A stretch of 41,305 nucleotides of DNA from contig NC_057751.1 in the NCBI RefSeq assembly GCF_004010195.1, positions 5,216,199 through 5,257,503 of the forward strand. Direction: 5' to 3'. Positions 1 through 9,730 of this stretch are shown here, in pieces (position 1 is the stretch's first letter; every line of letters starts with the position of its first letter). Source of the DNA: Chiloscyllium plagiosum (lineage: Eukaryota). The notes under the pieces are model-generated. The model saw nothing but the letters and a program-made list of their open reading frames with translations. It did not search any database and was not told the DNA's origin. The position numbers and the translations under genes were made by a program.

Positions 1-650
1 GACGGGCTGTCCCTATCTCAATGCATTTCCTCCAAGCTGGACTGTCAACAGTGTGAAAGCCAAAACACTTCTCCAGAACCAGCAATCCAAAATAAAACCC
101 ACAGCTATCAAGTGCTGGCAACCCTTGGTGGGTCAGGCAACATCTGTTCGCAGAGGGAGAGACAGAGAAACAGGGTGATGTGGTTCAACACTGCCACTTT
201 CCATCAGATCCCAGAGATGGGAGATATCCTGCAGCCCAGGTGGGATAGGAATAGGTGACAGGGCTGGAAAGGGACAGGACAGGGAGGCTGGGGTGAGCGA
301 CAAAGAGACTTGTGGCCATTGTGCACCCCAGCACCATTCCCTTTGATGTTGGAAGACTGAGCTGTCTTACAGCAGCAACTGGAAACAGCTGGAAGCTGCC
401 CAGGCAGTTGGTGAGTGTGAATAACGTGTCCAACTGCTTGTGTGGGATCAGTTCCCTCGGCTGTGTTGCTGGGTGACACCCACCCAGTGTGGGTTCACCT
501 CCCAGTCACACCAGTGGTGGTACTCCCTTTGCCTGTGGCACGGTGACCTTTGGGTTCAGCTGAGCCCCGGTTCTCTGTGTCTGTAACGACAGGGCTGCTG
601 CTGCTGCTGTGTGTTACACTGACCCAGTCAATCCTGCTGTTGTTTTCCAG

Positions 651-846
651 CTTGGAGAAAGAGAATTATGAAGTCTGGGCCAAGGTGGTGCGACTGAACC
701 GAGAGCTGGAGCTGGCTGGGAAGCAGTATGAAGCCTTGGAGATCCGGTTACAAAATGCCAACAGGGCACGGCAGGAGGCAGAGAAACGCAACCAGCTGCT
801 GGAGCAAGAACTCACCAACTTCTTTCAGAAAAACAAGGGAGATTAA
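651..846 (+). CDS. ARHGAP25: Terminal coding exon of Rho GTPase-activating protein 25 (C-terminal coiled coil); upstream exons lie outside the window
   Basis: Polypyrimidine acceptor tgttgttttccag ends at 650. The exon translates (phase 2) LEKENYEVWAKVVRLNRELELAGKQYEALEIRLQNANRARQEAEKRNQLLEQELTNFFQKNKGD* (TAA 844-846), closely resembling the ARHGAP25 C-terminus as recalled (LEKENYDVWAKVVRLNEELE...). The convergent BMP10 neighbour matches human synteny. Confidence 0.9.
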
Positions 847-1591
847 TACTCACTCTCAACACCCTTCATGGAGCTGCTTTCCTGGGGCTGAACTGACTCA
901 TTCACACAGACACACACATACAGACACACGCGTTTCCCATAGCAAAGTTTCATTACAGTTCCCCTGACTGGCGGACAAGGACAAGGGGAAATCTGCAGGA
1001 CTCCCTTCATGTTGAGTAACATTCCCTTGAGAACGCGGTTGGCTGGAATCCAACAGTGGGCTGGCACTGACTACAGAGGACATGTCTGACTCTGTGTGTG
1101 GAGGGATATGTCCAACAGGCTGAGTGACAGTGATGTTCCTCATTGGACAGAAAAAGCTGCTCTCTCTCTCTTGTCTTTCTCTTTCTGTCTCTCTCTCTCT
1201 CTCTGTCTGTCTTCCTCTCTCTCTCCCTCCACCACCCCCCCCGCCAACTGTGTGTGTGAGCCCTCTCATGGTGATCAAGAATACCACAGTACCTGGTCCA
1301 GATGAGGACTTGGTCAGGTTTACCAGGGTAGGTAATCCTCTCTCTGGTTTGGTGTATCTCAGTCCATATCCAGTGCAGTGCAGTGCAGTGCTGGCCTGAT
1401 CAACCATATTCCTCTGGGAAGAGTTGGTGAATCCATACTTGGGAGTGGGAGTGGGCTGTGGGACATCTCTGTAAGTTCTTCAGCAGGAGTGAAGGGGGTT
1501 CCATTACTCTTTCAGGGTGTGTTGACTCATTGACTCTCCAGTTGTATGGTCACCAAATCTCTCTGTCATTGGCTGTCTGAATGGTCAGGGT

Positions 1592-1813
1592 TGAAAATGT
1601 GTTGCTGGAAAAGCGCAGCAGGTCAGGCAGCATCCAGGGAACACCTCCCTACCTTTTATCTTAGCCTGCTGGACACACTTTCCCCATTCCTGAAGAAGGG
1701 CTCATGCCAGAAATGTCGATTCTCCTGCTGCTGGAATGCTGCCTGACCTGCTGCGCTTTTCCAGCAACACATTTTCAGCTCTGATCTCCAGCATCTGCAG
1801 TCCTTACTTTCTC
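1592..1813 (+). mobile_element. Short Penelope-like element end with inverted 5' segment and degenerate hammerhead motif
   Basis: 15-bp direct repeat ctgaatggtcagggt at 1577-1591 and 1814-1828 (target-site duplication, TSD). 1592-1633 is the perfect reverse complement of 1736-1777. CTGAAGA-A-GGGC-tcat-GCCA-GAAAT-GTC at 1690-1717. Confidence 0.8.
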
Positions 1814-1952
1814 CTGAATGGTCAGGGTGGAAAGTGCCAATGGGACTGAGTGGTCTTTCCAGACTCCCACGGCCTTATTAGCCAGTGGGATGGAGAGTAA
1901 CCTTTCCAGATTCCTGTATTCCCATTGTTCTGTATACCTTGCCACCTTGTGT

Positions 1953-1986
1953 TTCCTGAAGAAGGGCCTGTGCCCGAAACGTCGAA
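1953..1986 (+). ncRNA. Minimal type I hammerhead ribozyme motif (PLE-associated), core intact
   Basis: ttc-CTGAAGA-A-GGGC-ctgt-GCCC-GAAAC-GTC-gaa: conserved CUGANGA and GAAA boxes, 4-bp stem II, loopless palindromic ACGU stem III, GUC cleavage triplet (1981-1983), 3-bp stem I. Confidence 0.7.
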
Positions 1987-2076
1987 TCTCCTGTTCCCTG
2001 GATGCTGCCTGACCTGCTGTGCTGTTCCAGCAATAAAGTTTCAGCTTTGATCTCCAGCGTCTGCAGACCTCACTTT
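1956..2076 (+). mobile_element. Short Penelope-like element end
   Basis: 16-bp direct repeat caccttgtgtttcctg at 1943-1958 and 2077-2092. The body is homologous to the 1690-1813 copy (gatgctgcctgacctgctg...ccagc...tgcag). Confidence 0.8.
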
Positions 2077-2616
2077 CACCTTGTGTTTCCTGCAGGCTGT
2101 GAGCTGCCGGTGCTGAGATAGGTGCCATTCTGATAACGGCCACAGCGTGGGCACTCCTGGATCACGATCAGCTTGACCCTGCCTGCACCAGGAGTTCATC
2201 ATTTGCTGTCAGTTTGTGTTATCTGTACATTGCCTCAATTCTTTGCTGTCTGCTGCTGCCTCTGCTCTGTTTAATGCTGGGTCAAGTTGTTAGCTAATTG
2301 GAGCTCAGCTTCTGTGAATGTATATACACAGTAACAGTAGCTGACTGAAAAGGTGACAGAAACTGTGATTAAAACCAAATGACTTATTCAAGGTACAATC
2401 TTTGTGTCCTGCATATATTTCCCAGCAACTCCTGCTTTTTATCTCCCCCTTTCCCCTCCCAGTGCTGAGCTTCTGTGATTATGAAGGCTGGTGTGTGGGA
2501 AACACTACACATTAAGTCTTGCTGTTTGTAGCAGGGACCGTGGCTGAACCATAGTTATGTAAATATTGACTTACTCTGTGTGAAGAGAAAAGCAGTGAGC
2601 GAGGAAGCGTTGTGAA

Positions 2617-2622
2617 AATAAA
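2617..2622 (+). promoter_or_regulatory. Candidate polyadenylation signal for ARHGAP25 (3' UTR about 1.8 kb)
   Basis: AATAAA in non-repeat, AU-rich UTR-like context (gttatgtaaatattgac upstream, T-rich tract downstream). A second AATAAA at 2032-2037 lies inside a PLE insertion. Confidence 0.5.
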
Positions 2623-2680
2623 TGTTTGATTATCTCCAGATGACTTCCTCTTTCTCATCGAAGGATCCTGGCCCTATTTA

Positions 2681-3000
2681 CATCGAATCATAAAATCCCA
2701 ACCATGCAAAAGTGGCTGTTTGGCCCATCGAGTATTCACTGACCCTCTGAACAGCATCCCATCCTCTCCATGTAGCCCTGCATTTCCCACGGCTAGCCCT
2801 GCATCTTCCTGGGCACTGCTGTGCAATTCAGCATGGTCAATCCACCTCACCTACACATCCCTGGATACTTTCCTGATGAAGGGAATATTCCCAAAATGCG
2901 ATTCTCCTACTCCTAGGATGCTGCCTGACTTGCTGTGCTTTTCCAGCAACTATGGTGCACTTTAGCGTGGCCAATCCACTGACCCTGCACACCTTTGGAC
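2681..3000 (-). mobile_element. 3' part of an HE1-like SINE, interrupted by a PLE-end insertion (about 2870-2950, + strand)
   Basis: Tail resembles the CR1-type 3' end, with gcatggtcaatccacct / gcgtggccaatccac motifs. The inserted segment CTGATGA-A-GGGA-atat-TCCC...ggatgctgcctgacttgctgtgc matches the PLE family. Confidence 0.55.
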
Positions 3001-3226
3001 TTATCCTTACGTGTTTATCGATCTGCATCTTCAGTACATCTGTATTTATCATCTCCACTATTCCCTATGCTCAGGGAATATGTGAACAAAGAAATATCTT
3101 CCAAATTCTCGAATGAAGATTATAACATATTTGGCTGTGGTCTCTCACAATGTGAGAACAGCCACTCTATCTAAACACTGGTCGGTCTTCACCCATCCTT
3201 GTTCCAGAATGACGCCCTGTTCAGGT

Positions 3227-3672
3227 TCTCTCTCTCTCTCTCCCTCTCCCTCCATCTCCCTCCCTCCCTCCCTCCCTTCATTCCACTCTCACTCACCCAA
3301 CTCCATCCCCTCGCCCTCTCTCCCTCCCTCACTCTCCCTCCATTTCCCTCGGTCCCTCCCCCTCTCCCTCCCTCCCTTCCTCTCTCCTCTCTCCCTCNNN
3401 NNNNNNNNNNNNNNNNNNNNNNNNNNNNNNNNNNNNNNNNNNNNNNNNNNNNNNNNNNNNNNNNNNNNNNNNNNNNNNNNNNNNNNNNNNNNNNNNNNNN
3501 NNNNNNNNNNNNNNNNNNNNNNNNNNNNNNNNNNNNNNNNNNNNNNNNNNNNNNNNNNNNNNNNNNNNNNNNNNNNNNNNNNNNNNNNNNNNNNNNNNNN
3601 NNNNNNNCCTCTCCCTCCCCCTCTCTCTCCCTCTCCCTCCCTCTCCCTCCCCTCTCTCTCTCTCTCTCTCTC
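3227..3672. repeat. Polypyrimidine (CT/CCCT) low-complexity tract spanning a 210-N assembly gap (3398-3607)
   Basis: Directly visible in the sequence. Confidence 0.95.
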
Positions 3673-3909
3673 TGTCCTGTGAGTTGTCTGTGATCCTCCC
3701 TGCTGGAGAGAGCCTTTGATAGCTCTTCCACAATGTGGTGATGTCATTCTGAGACCACTCCTGATGGGTTTGGCCCCTGACACCAGTTTCATGGCCAGCG
3801 TTAAACTCTCAATCCCAGATTTTAATGGGACTGAAATTCCACCCTGGCAGGATTTGAACCGTGGTACCTGGAACGTGACCCAGCTCCCTGGATTTACAAA
3901 AACCAAACC

Positions 3910-4400
3910 AACTGCGGATGCTGGAAATCAGAAACAAAAATGGGAATTGCTGGAAAAGCTCAGCTGGTCTGGCAGCATCCGTGGCGTGGAAGCAGAGTTC
4001 ACATTTCGGGTCCAGTGACCCTTCCTCAGAACCTGATGGTCATGAGGGAAATGTTGGTTTTTCTGCAGGAGATAGGGTGGGAGAAGGGGGGTAAGGAATA
4101 AATGACAGGTGGGGATAGAGCCCAAAGAGAGAGGAGAGCAGTTGGACAGACAAAGGAGTGGACAACGGTCAGCATAGGAAGGTGAATAGCTGCTAATGGG
4201 GACTGTTAGTGACTCCCAATGGGTTGTGTGTAACAGCAGACCGTGTGATAACAGGGCCTGGTGTGTGGGGGTTGGGCTAAAGACTGGGAGAAGGTGCTTC
4301 AAGCCATCAATATTGAGTCCAGAAGCTCTGGAATCCCCAAACAGAAAAGGAGCTGCTGTTCTTCACTGTAGCAAGCCTGAGACAGCGATGTTAGCCAGGG
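3910..4400 (-). mobile_element. Penelope-like retroelement 3' fragment: degraded GIY-YIG C-terminus, 3' UTR, hammerhead-like motif and tail
   Basis: The minus strand has frameshifted ...VSGLLQ...EEQQLLFCLG...GLNID (4400-4300), typical of the PLE endonuclease C-terminus. It is followed by gtt-CTGAGGA-A-GGGTC-actg-GACCC-GAAAT-GTG-aac (4032-3997) and the gatgctgcc...ttttccagc tail. Confidence 0.75.
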
Positions 4401-4894
4401 AAGAGGGTGGTGTATTAGTCTGGAGAGAATACCATGGGCCTCTCACTTCTTGTTCACATGGAGCCTGCTGTATGCTGGAACAAAGAACTGCCCCAGACAC
4501 TTCAGCACGTTGGCTGGCGAGGTACACATTTAAAGTGATGCCCTTGGTCAGGCAGGAAGTGCGGAAAATCCGAACAGATTTGAGGGCCTTGTGCAGCTGA
4601 CAAAATCTGTGGCCACATCACAGTGACGTCCTGCAGGCCTGGACAGAAACGGTTGTCCCCAGGTTCATTCCAAGACAGAGGGTATTGCAGTTTATCGAAC
4701 AGCAGTGCCCCTGAACAGGTTGTCCTGACAAGTGGCAATGTGTTCAATCTTCATTCCAGAGCTTTCTTATTGAATTCATTAGGGAGTGAACCTGCCACTC
4801 CCTGTCCTCCTGTCACTGCATGCTTCCTGTCCCCCTCGAGTCCTTACAGGTGCCTGGCCACTTGCCTCTGTGTTTGGATTCTGTTTTACTCACT

Positions 4895-5110
4895 CACAGG
4901 ATGAGAGTGTCACTGGGGAGCCCAGCATTTATTCCCCATCCCAAATGGCCCAGTGGGCAGTTATGAATCAACCCCATCGCTGTGGCTCTGGAGTCACGTG
5001 TAGGCCAGACCAGGTAAGGATGGCAGTCCCTCCCCTAAAGGGACATAACTGACCCAGATGGTTTTCTCTGACAATCGCTAATGGAGTCATGGTCATCATT
5101 AGACTCATCA
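4895..5110 (-). mobile_element. tRNA-derived SINE fragment (same family as 37225-37570)
   Basis: Reverse complement of ...ccatccttacctggtctggcctacacgtgactccaga...ggaataaatgctgg. Confidence 0.65.
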
Positions 5111-6310
5111 TTAGCTGGATTAGTTATCCAGCGATAATACCTCTCCGTACATAATATCACACACATTAAACTTTGGGCATTCAAATTGAGTTGGGTTTTG
5201 TTCCTGAGGAATTGGTCTCACTGGAGCGAGCTCATGTTAAAGCTGACTGATGGTTGTATCTGGTTCGGAGTGGGTTAGTAATGGATAGGAATGTGGCATT
5301 CGTAACGCAAGCAGCTCAGGCCCCATCAGCTCCTGGTTCCCTCCTGTTCCTATTCACCACATCCTGTTGGACGAGACTGGCCCATTGAGTAGAAACACTG
5401 GAGATGATCCAGCCTACCTTGTCTGTGCTTGGGATATCCCAAGATATTCAGGTGCCCTTACCAATCGTGCCTTCCTGCAGACGGCCCATCACCCTGCAGT
5501 TTACGCCAAGTTAAAATGCAGATTCAGTGACCTTTCCAAATCAGAGTTGAAGGTGTCCAACTCCCCCTGCAGCTCAGACAGTGAACTGCAGACAGCCAGT
5601 ACCCTTTGGATGATCACATTCAGTAGCTCTCTCTCTCTCTCTCTTTCTGACATCTTGCCATCCCTGAAGCATACTGGAGAGATCCTTCCATTTGACGTGT
5701 TGATCAGGAGGCCCAGGCAGATGCTGCAGGCAATGCAGGGTTCAGATCTCACCCCGAGAGGGATTTGGTGTTGTGAGGGGGAGTGTTCTAACCCAATTGG
5801 TGAATCGGGCAGTGGGAATCTGTCCCAGTGATGGACAGCACAAGACCATTGCTGACTGTTGTGGAAACCCTATCCTGCCCTTCACAGAAGGACACTCTGT
5901 TCTACATGTGACTCCAGGACCCAGGGCAACCCCTGTGAAATGGTCCAGCAAGGCACTCCGTTCAAAGGCAGTGTGAGATGGGTCTCAGGCCTTGCCAACG
6001 ATGCCCACCATGCCTGTGAGAGTGGGTGGGTGGAGGATGCTGTACCATTCCATTCCCATGGCAAGGCCAGCATGGAGGCTGGGAGATGATGTGTGTCAAG
6101 GTCACTAAGGGGGTTTTGCCAGCACGGTGTTAGCCAAGTCTGTCTTGGCCCACACACAACATCAAACACAGGCAGAGGACTGACAATCCCAGGACAAGAA
6201 CTCAGTTCTCCTGCAGCATTCCAATACCAGGTACCAAATGGGGTCAATGTGTTGGCTACTCATTGGCTACTGGCTCCCAGTGTCCTGGAAGGGTCAGAGA
6301 TATCCCTGCA

Positions 6311-6533
6311 GTGTGGAAGTAGGCCATTCAGCCCATTGAGACCACACCGACCCTCCCATCCGGACCCTATGGTCCCACATTACCCATGGCCAGTCTACCT
6401 GGACTGTGGGAGGAAACCCACACAGACACAGGGAGAATGTCTGTGTGGAGTTTGCACAGCCACCTGAGGGTAGTATTGAATCCAGGTCCCTGGTGCTGTG
6501 AGGCAGCACTGTTAACCGCTGAGCCACTATGCG
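6311..6533 (-). mobile_element. HE1-like tRNA-derived SINE (internally deleted)
   Basis: The minus strand begins gcatagTGGCTCAGCGGttaacagtgctgcctcacagcaccagggacctGGATTCAAT (pol III A and B boxes), then tgtgtgggtttcct, and ends with the CR1-like tail gggctgaatggcctact. Confidence 0.75.
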
Positions 6534-6549
6534 GTCCCTGGAAGGCGGT

Positions 6550-7700
6550 GTCTTCCCACAGTTACACAGGGCCTTGGTGGGACCACACCTGCAGTATCAC
6601 GTACAGTCTAGGTCTCCCTTACTTAAAGCAGGATATCTCTGCCATAGAGAGAGTGCAGTGGAGGCTCATTGGCCTGTTATGGGAATAGCTGGACTGTCCT
6701 AGGAGAAGAGATTGGTTTGACTGGGCCTGTATTTATTGGTTTGACTGGGCCTGTATTTATTGGTTTGACTGGGCCTGTATTTATTGGTTTGACTGGGTCT
6801 GTGTTTATTGATTTGACTGGGCCTGTATTCGCGTGAGTGCAGAAGGATGGAAGGGGACCTGACTGAAATGTATCCAACGCTAACAGGGCTGGACAGACTC
6901 AATGCAGGGAGGATGGTTCCCCTGGGTAGGTGGGGGTCTATAACCAGGGGACACACAGCTTCAGGGGGATATGGGGTAGACCATTCTGTGTTTAATGGTT
7001 TGACTGGGCCTGTGTTTAATGGTTTGACTGGGCCTGTATTTATTGGTTTGACTGGGTCTGTGTTTATTGATTTGACTGGGCCTGTGTTTAATGGTTTGAC
7101 TGGGCCTGTGTTTAATGGTTTGACTGGGCCTGTGTTTATTGATTTGACTGGGCCTGTGTTTAATGGTTTGACTGGGCCTGTATTTATTGGTTTGACTGGG
7201 TCTGTGTTTATTGGTTTGACTGGGTCTGTGTTTATTGGTTTGACTGGGTCTGTGTTTATTGATTTGACTGGGTCTGTGTTTAATGGTTTGACTGGACCTG
7301 TATTCGCGTGAGTGCAGAAGGATGGAAGAGGACCTGACTGAAATGTATCCAACGCTAACAGGGCTGGACAGACTCAATGCAGGGAGGATGGTTCCCCTGG
7401 GTAGGTGGGGGTCTATAACCAGGGGACACACAATCTCAGGGGGATATGGGGTGGACCATTTCAGACTGAGATGAGGGAACATTTCTTCACTCAGAGGGTG
7501 GCAAGGCAGTGGAATTCCCCATCACAGGAAGCTGGGAAGGCCAGCCCACTGAACACAGTCAAGAAAGAACCTGGTGAATGTTTTCAAGATTTGAAGGGGT
7601 GAGAGGCTATGGAGAGAAAGCAGGAACATGGGATGGAGATGGAGGGTCATCCATGAGCACACTGAGAGTGGCAGAAATGGGGCTGAACGGCCGACTCGAG
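6550..7700 (+). mobile_element. Degraded CR1-type LINE 3' fragment with an internal minisatellite and duplication
   Basis: Remnants of ALV.PHL.Y, ERVQ.R, GDLTEMY and EMREHFFTQRV, with the 3' tail gggctgaacggccgact. Confidence 0.8.
6714..7304. repeat. 24-bp minisatellite (ggtttgactgggcctgtRtttaWt) in two arrays: 5 units from 6714 and 13 units from 6997
   Basis: Exact 24-nt periodicity (6714, 6738...6810; 6997, 7021...7285). Confidence 0.95.
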
Positions 7701-7963
7701 TTTCTGTTTGCTGTGATTCTCTGTATTTCCAGCAGGTGGCGGAATGTGACTGCCTATGATACTCTGCACTGACACATTTCCAGGGAGTCTCTACCTCAGT
7801 GGGGAAAAGGGGAGAGATTGGAAATTTTCCTTTTTTACCCCCTCCCCACCTCAGGGCAGCGCTGCAATCAAACAAACAGACCAAACAGAAACAAATAAAG
7901 CTTACTGCTGGATCCGAACAACAACCACTCCCTGTACATCACTGACCAAGCCAGTCATTATTG

Positions 7964-8126
7964 TCAAGTGTGTGTTGCTGGAAAAGCACAGCAGGTCAGG
8001 CAGCATCCCAGGAGCAGGAAAATTGACGTTTCGGGCATAAGTCCTTCATGAGGAAATTGCTGCCTGACCTGCTGTGCTTTTCCTGCACTCCCCCTCTCGA
8101 CTCTGATCTGCAGTCCTCACTTTCTC
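7964..8126. mobile_element. PLE-end insertion with head-to-head inverted halves
   Basis: TSD ccagtcattattg (7951-7963) / ccagtaattattg (8127-8139). The minus half carries CTCATGA-A-GGAC-ttat-GCCC-GAAAC-GTC (8052-8025); the plus half carries the tgctgcctgacctgctg...cagtcctcactttctc tail. Confidence 0.75.
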
Positions 8127-8400
8127 CCAGTAATTATTGCCCATCCCTAAGTGCCCAGGGGACAGTTTAGAAACAGCCATATCACTGTGGGTCACATATA
8201 GGCCAGACCAGCTAAGGATGGCAGTTTCCTTCCCGAAAGGACATTCCTGAACCAGATGGGTTTTCCCAGTGGATTCACGATCATCTTTAGACTCTGATTT
8301 CCAGATTATTTTCCATCTGCTGTGGTGGAATCCGGGTCTGCAAACATGATCTGGGTCTTTGTATGAAGCCTCCAGCGATAATGTCACCAGGCCACTGCAT
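8127..8400 (-). mobile_element. tRNA-derived SINE (family of 37225-37570), interrupted near its 3' tail by the PLE insertion
   Basis: Contains attattgcccatccctaa and gggtcacatataggccagaccagctaaggatggcag. Confidence 0.6.
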
Positions 8401-8430
8401 GCTCCCCCTAATGAGAGCAGGAAGGAAGAA

Positions 8431-8870
8431 GTTGGTTTTTCTGCAGAGGATGGGGTGGGAGAAGTGGGGTAAGGAATAAATGACAGGTGGGGATAGAGCC
8501 CAAAGAGAGAGGAGAGCAGTTGGACAGACAAAGGAGTGGTTAACGGTCAGCCTAGGAAGGTGAATAGCTGCTAATGGGGACTGTTAGTGACTCCCAATGG
8601 GTTGTGTGTAACAGCAGACCGTGTGATAACAGGGCCTGGTGTGTGGGGGTTGGGGTAAGGGCATGGGAGAAGGTGTTTCAAGCCCTGAAACTGTTGAACT
8701 CGATTTTGAGTGCAGAAGTGGAAAATGGGGTGCTGTTCTTCCAGCCTGCACTGAGCTCTGCTGGAACACTGCAGCAATCCTGTGGCCAGGGAACACTGGG
8801 GCTGCGTTAAAAGTGACAGGTAACTGGAAGCTCACAATCTCTTTCTGCAGACAGCACCTGGGTATTCTGG
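8431..8870 (-). mobile_element. Penelope-like element fragment (GIY-YIG C-terminus and 3' UTR)
   Basis: ORF 8571-8777(-) reads LLQCSSRAQCRLEEQHPIFHF, similar to the PLE motif LLQC...RKLEEQHLIFRLG. 8431-8654 is near-identical to 4053-4276. Confidence 0.75.
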
Positions 8871-9410
8871 GAGGTTGTCACCCGGTTGGCTTGTTGCGGT
8901 TCTGACAGCAAGGGCACTCTGAAAGTTGCGAACCTCAGGTGCTGGGGGTGGCTGAGGGCTGGGTGCAGAAGGAAAGAGGCCTAGCAATGCCAGGCGCTAG
9001 AGAAATTCCAGCCTACACTTGCACCCTTGCTGCTGCCTCACTGAACCAAGAGGTTGGGGTTGTGGAGAGAGGGGGGGGGGGGGGGTGTTTCGTCCCCCTG
9101 TCCCACCCAAAGGGAAGAGCCGTGGGTATGAGACACTAGGTATTTGCTCGACCCCAGTTGGAGAGTCCCACCATGCATTCAGGTGGAGGGATTAAGCATC
9201 GCTATGCAGCATGTCTGTCTCATCTCTCCCTGAACTCCAGAATCCCCAGGCCTTGCACAAACATAACCTCTTTGCTAAAAATACTGCACTTTCTATCAGC
9301 CAGCTGGGCTCTGTTTTTGCTTGTTTCTCTCACTCTGCGGGAGCAACGATGCTAAAAATAAACAAGCAGAGTGTGAACTGGGGCTGGCTAGGCACTTGGG
9401 TACAGCATCA

Positions 9411-9730
9411 GTGTCTGTGCATGTGCACGCGTGTGTCTGTGTGTCTGTCTGTGCATGTGCACGCATGTGTGTTTGTGTGTCTATCTGTGCATGTGCGCAC
9501 GTGTGTCTGTGTGTGTATGTGTGTCTCTGTGCGCGCGTGTGTCTGTCTGTGCATGTGCGTGCGTGTGTCTGTGCGCGCGTGTGGATGTGTGTCTGTCTGT
9601 GCATGTGCATGCGTGTGTGTCTGTGTGTCTGTCTGTGCATGTGCACGCATGTGTCTGTGTGTGTATGTGTGTCTCTGTGTGTGCGCGCATGTGTATGTGT
9701 GTCCGTGTCACTGTGTGTGTGCTCGTGTAT
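9411..9730. repeat. Compound (TG)-rich microsatellite (tgtgtctgtctgtgcatgtgcacgc units)
   Basis: About 320 bp of largely alternating purine-pyrimidine sequence. The overlapping ORFs are low-complexity artefacts. Confidence 0.95.

Noticed and set aside
550..650. Hydrophobic signal-peptide-like start of the 98-aa ORF at 550
   Set aside because: It starts at TTG, and the Leu-rich stretch is the intronic polypyrimidine/CTG tract before the acceptor at 650.
3113..3906. ORFs of 134-205 aa spanning the first gap
   Set aside because: Open only because of N runs and CT-rich low complexity.
6470..6533. tRNA gene
   Set aside because: A and B boxes are present but continue into a SINE body and LINE-like tail. 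No full cloverleaf is evident.
6714..7304. CRISPR-like array
   Set aside because: Units are head-to-tail with no unique spacers, there are no cas genes, and the context is eukaryotic.
6699..7482. Long repetitive ORFs (NTGPVKPI)n / (GLTGPVFI)n of 154-217 aa
   Set aside because: Artefacts of a 24-bp (frame-preserving) minisatellite inside a decayed CR1. No splice or start context.
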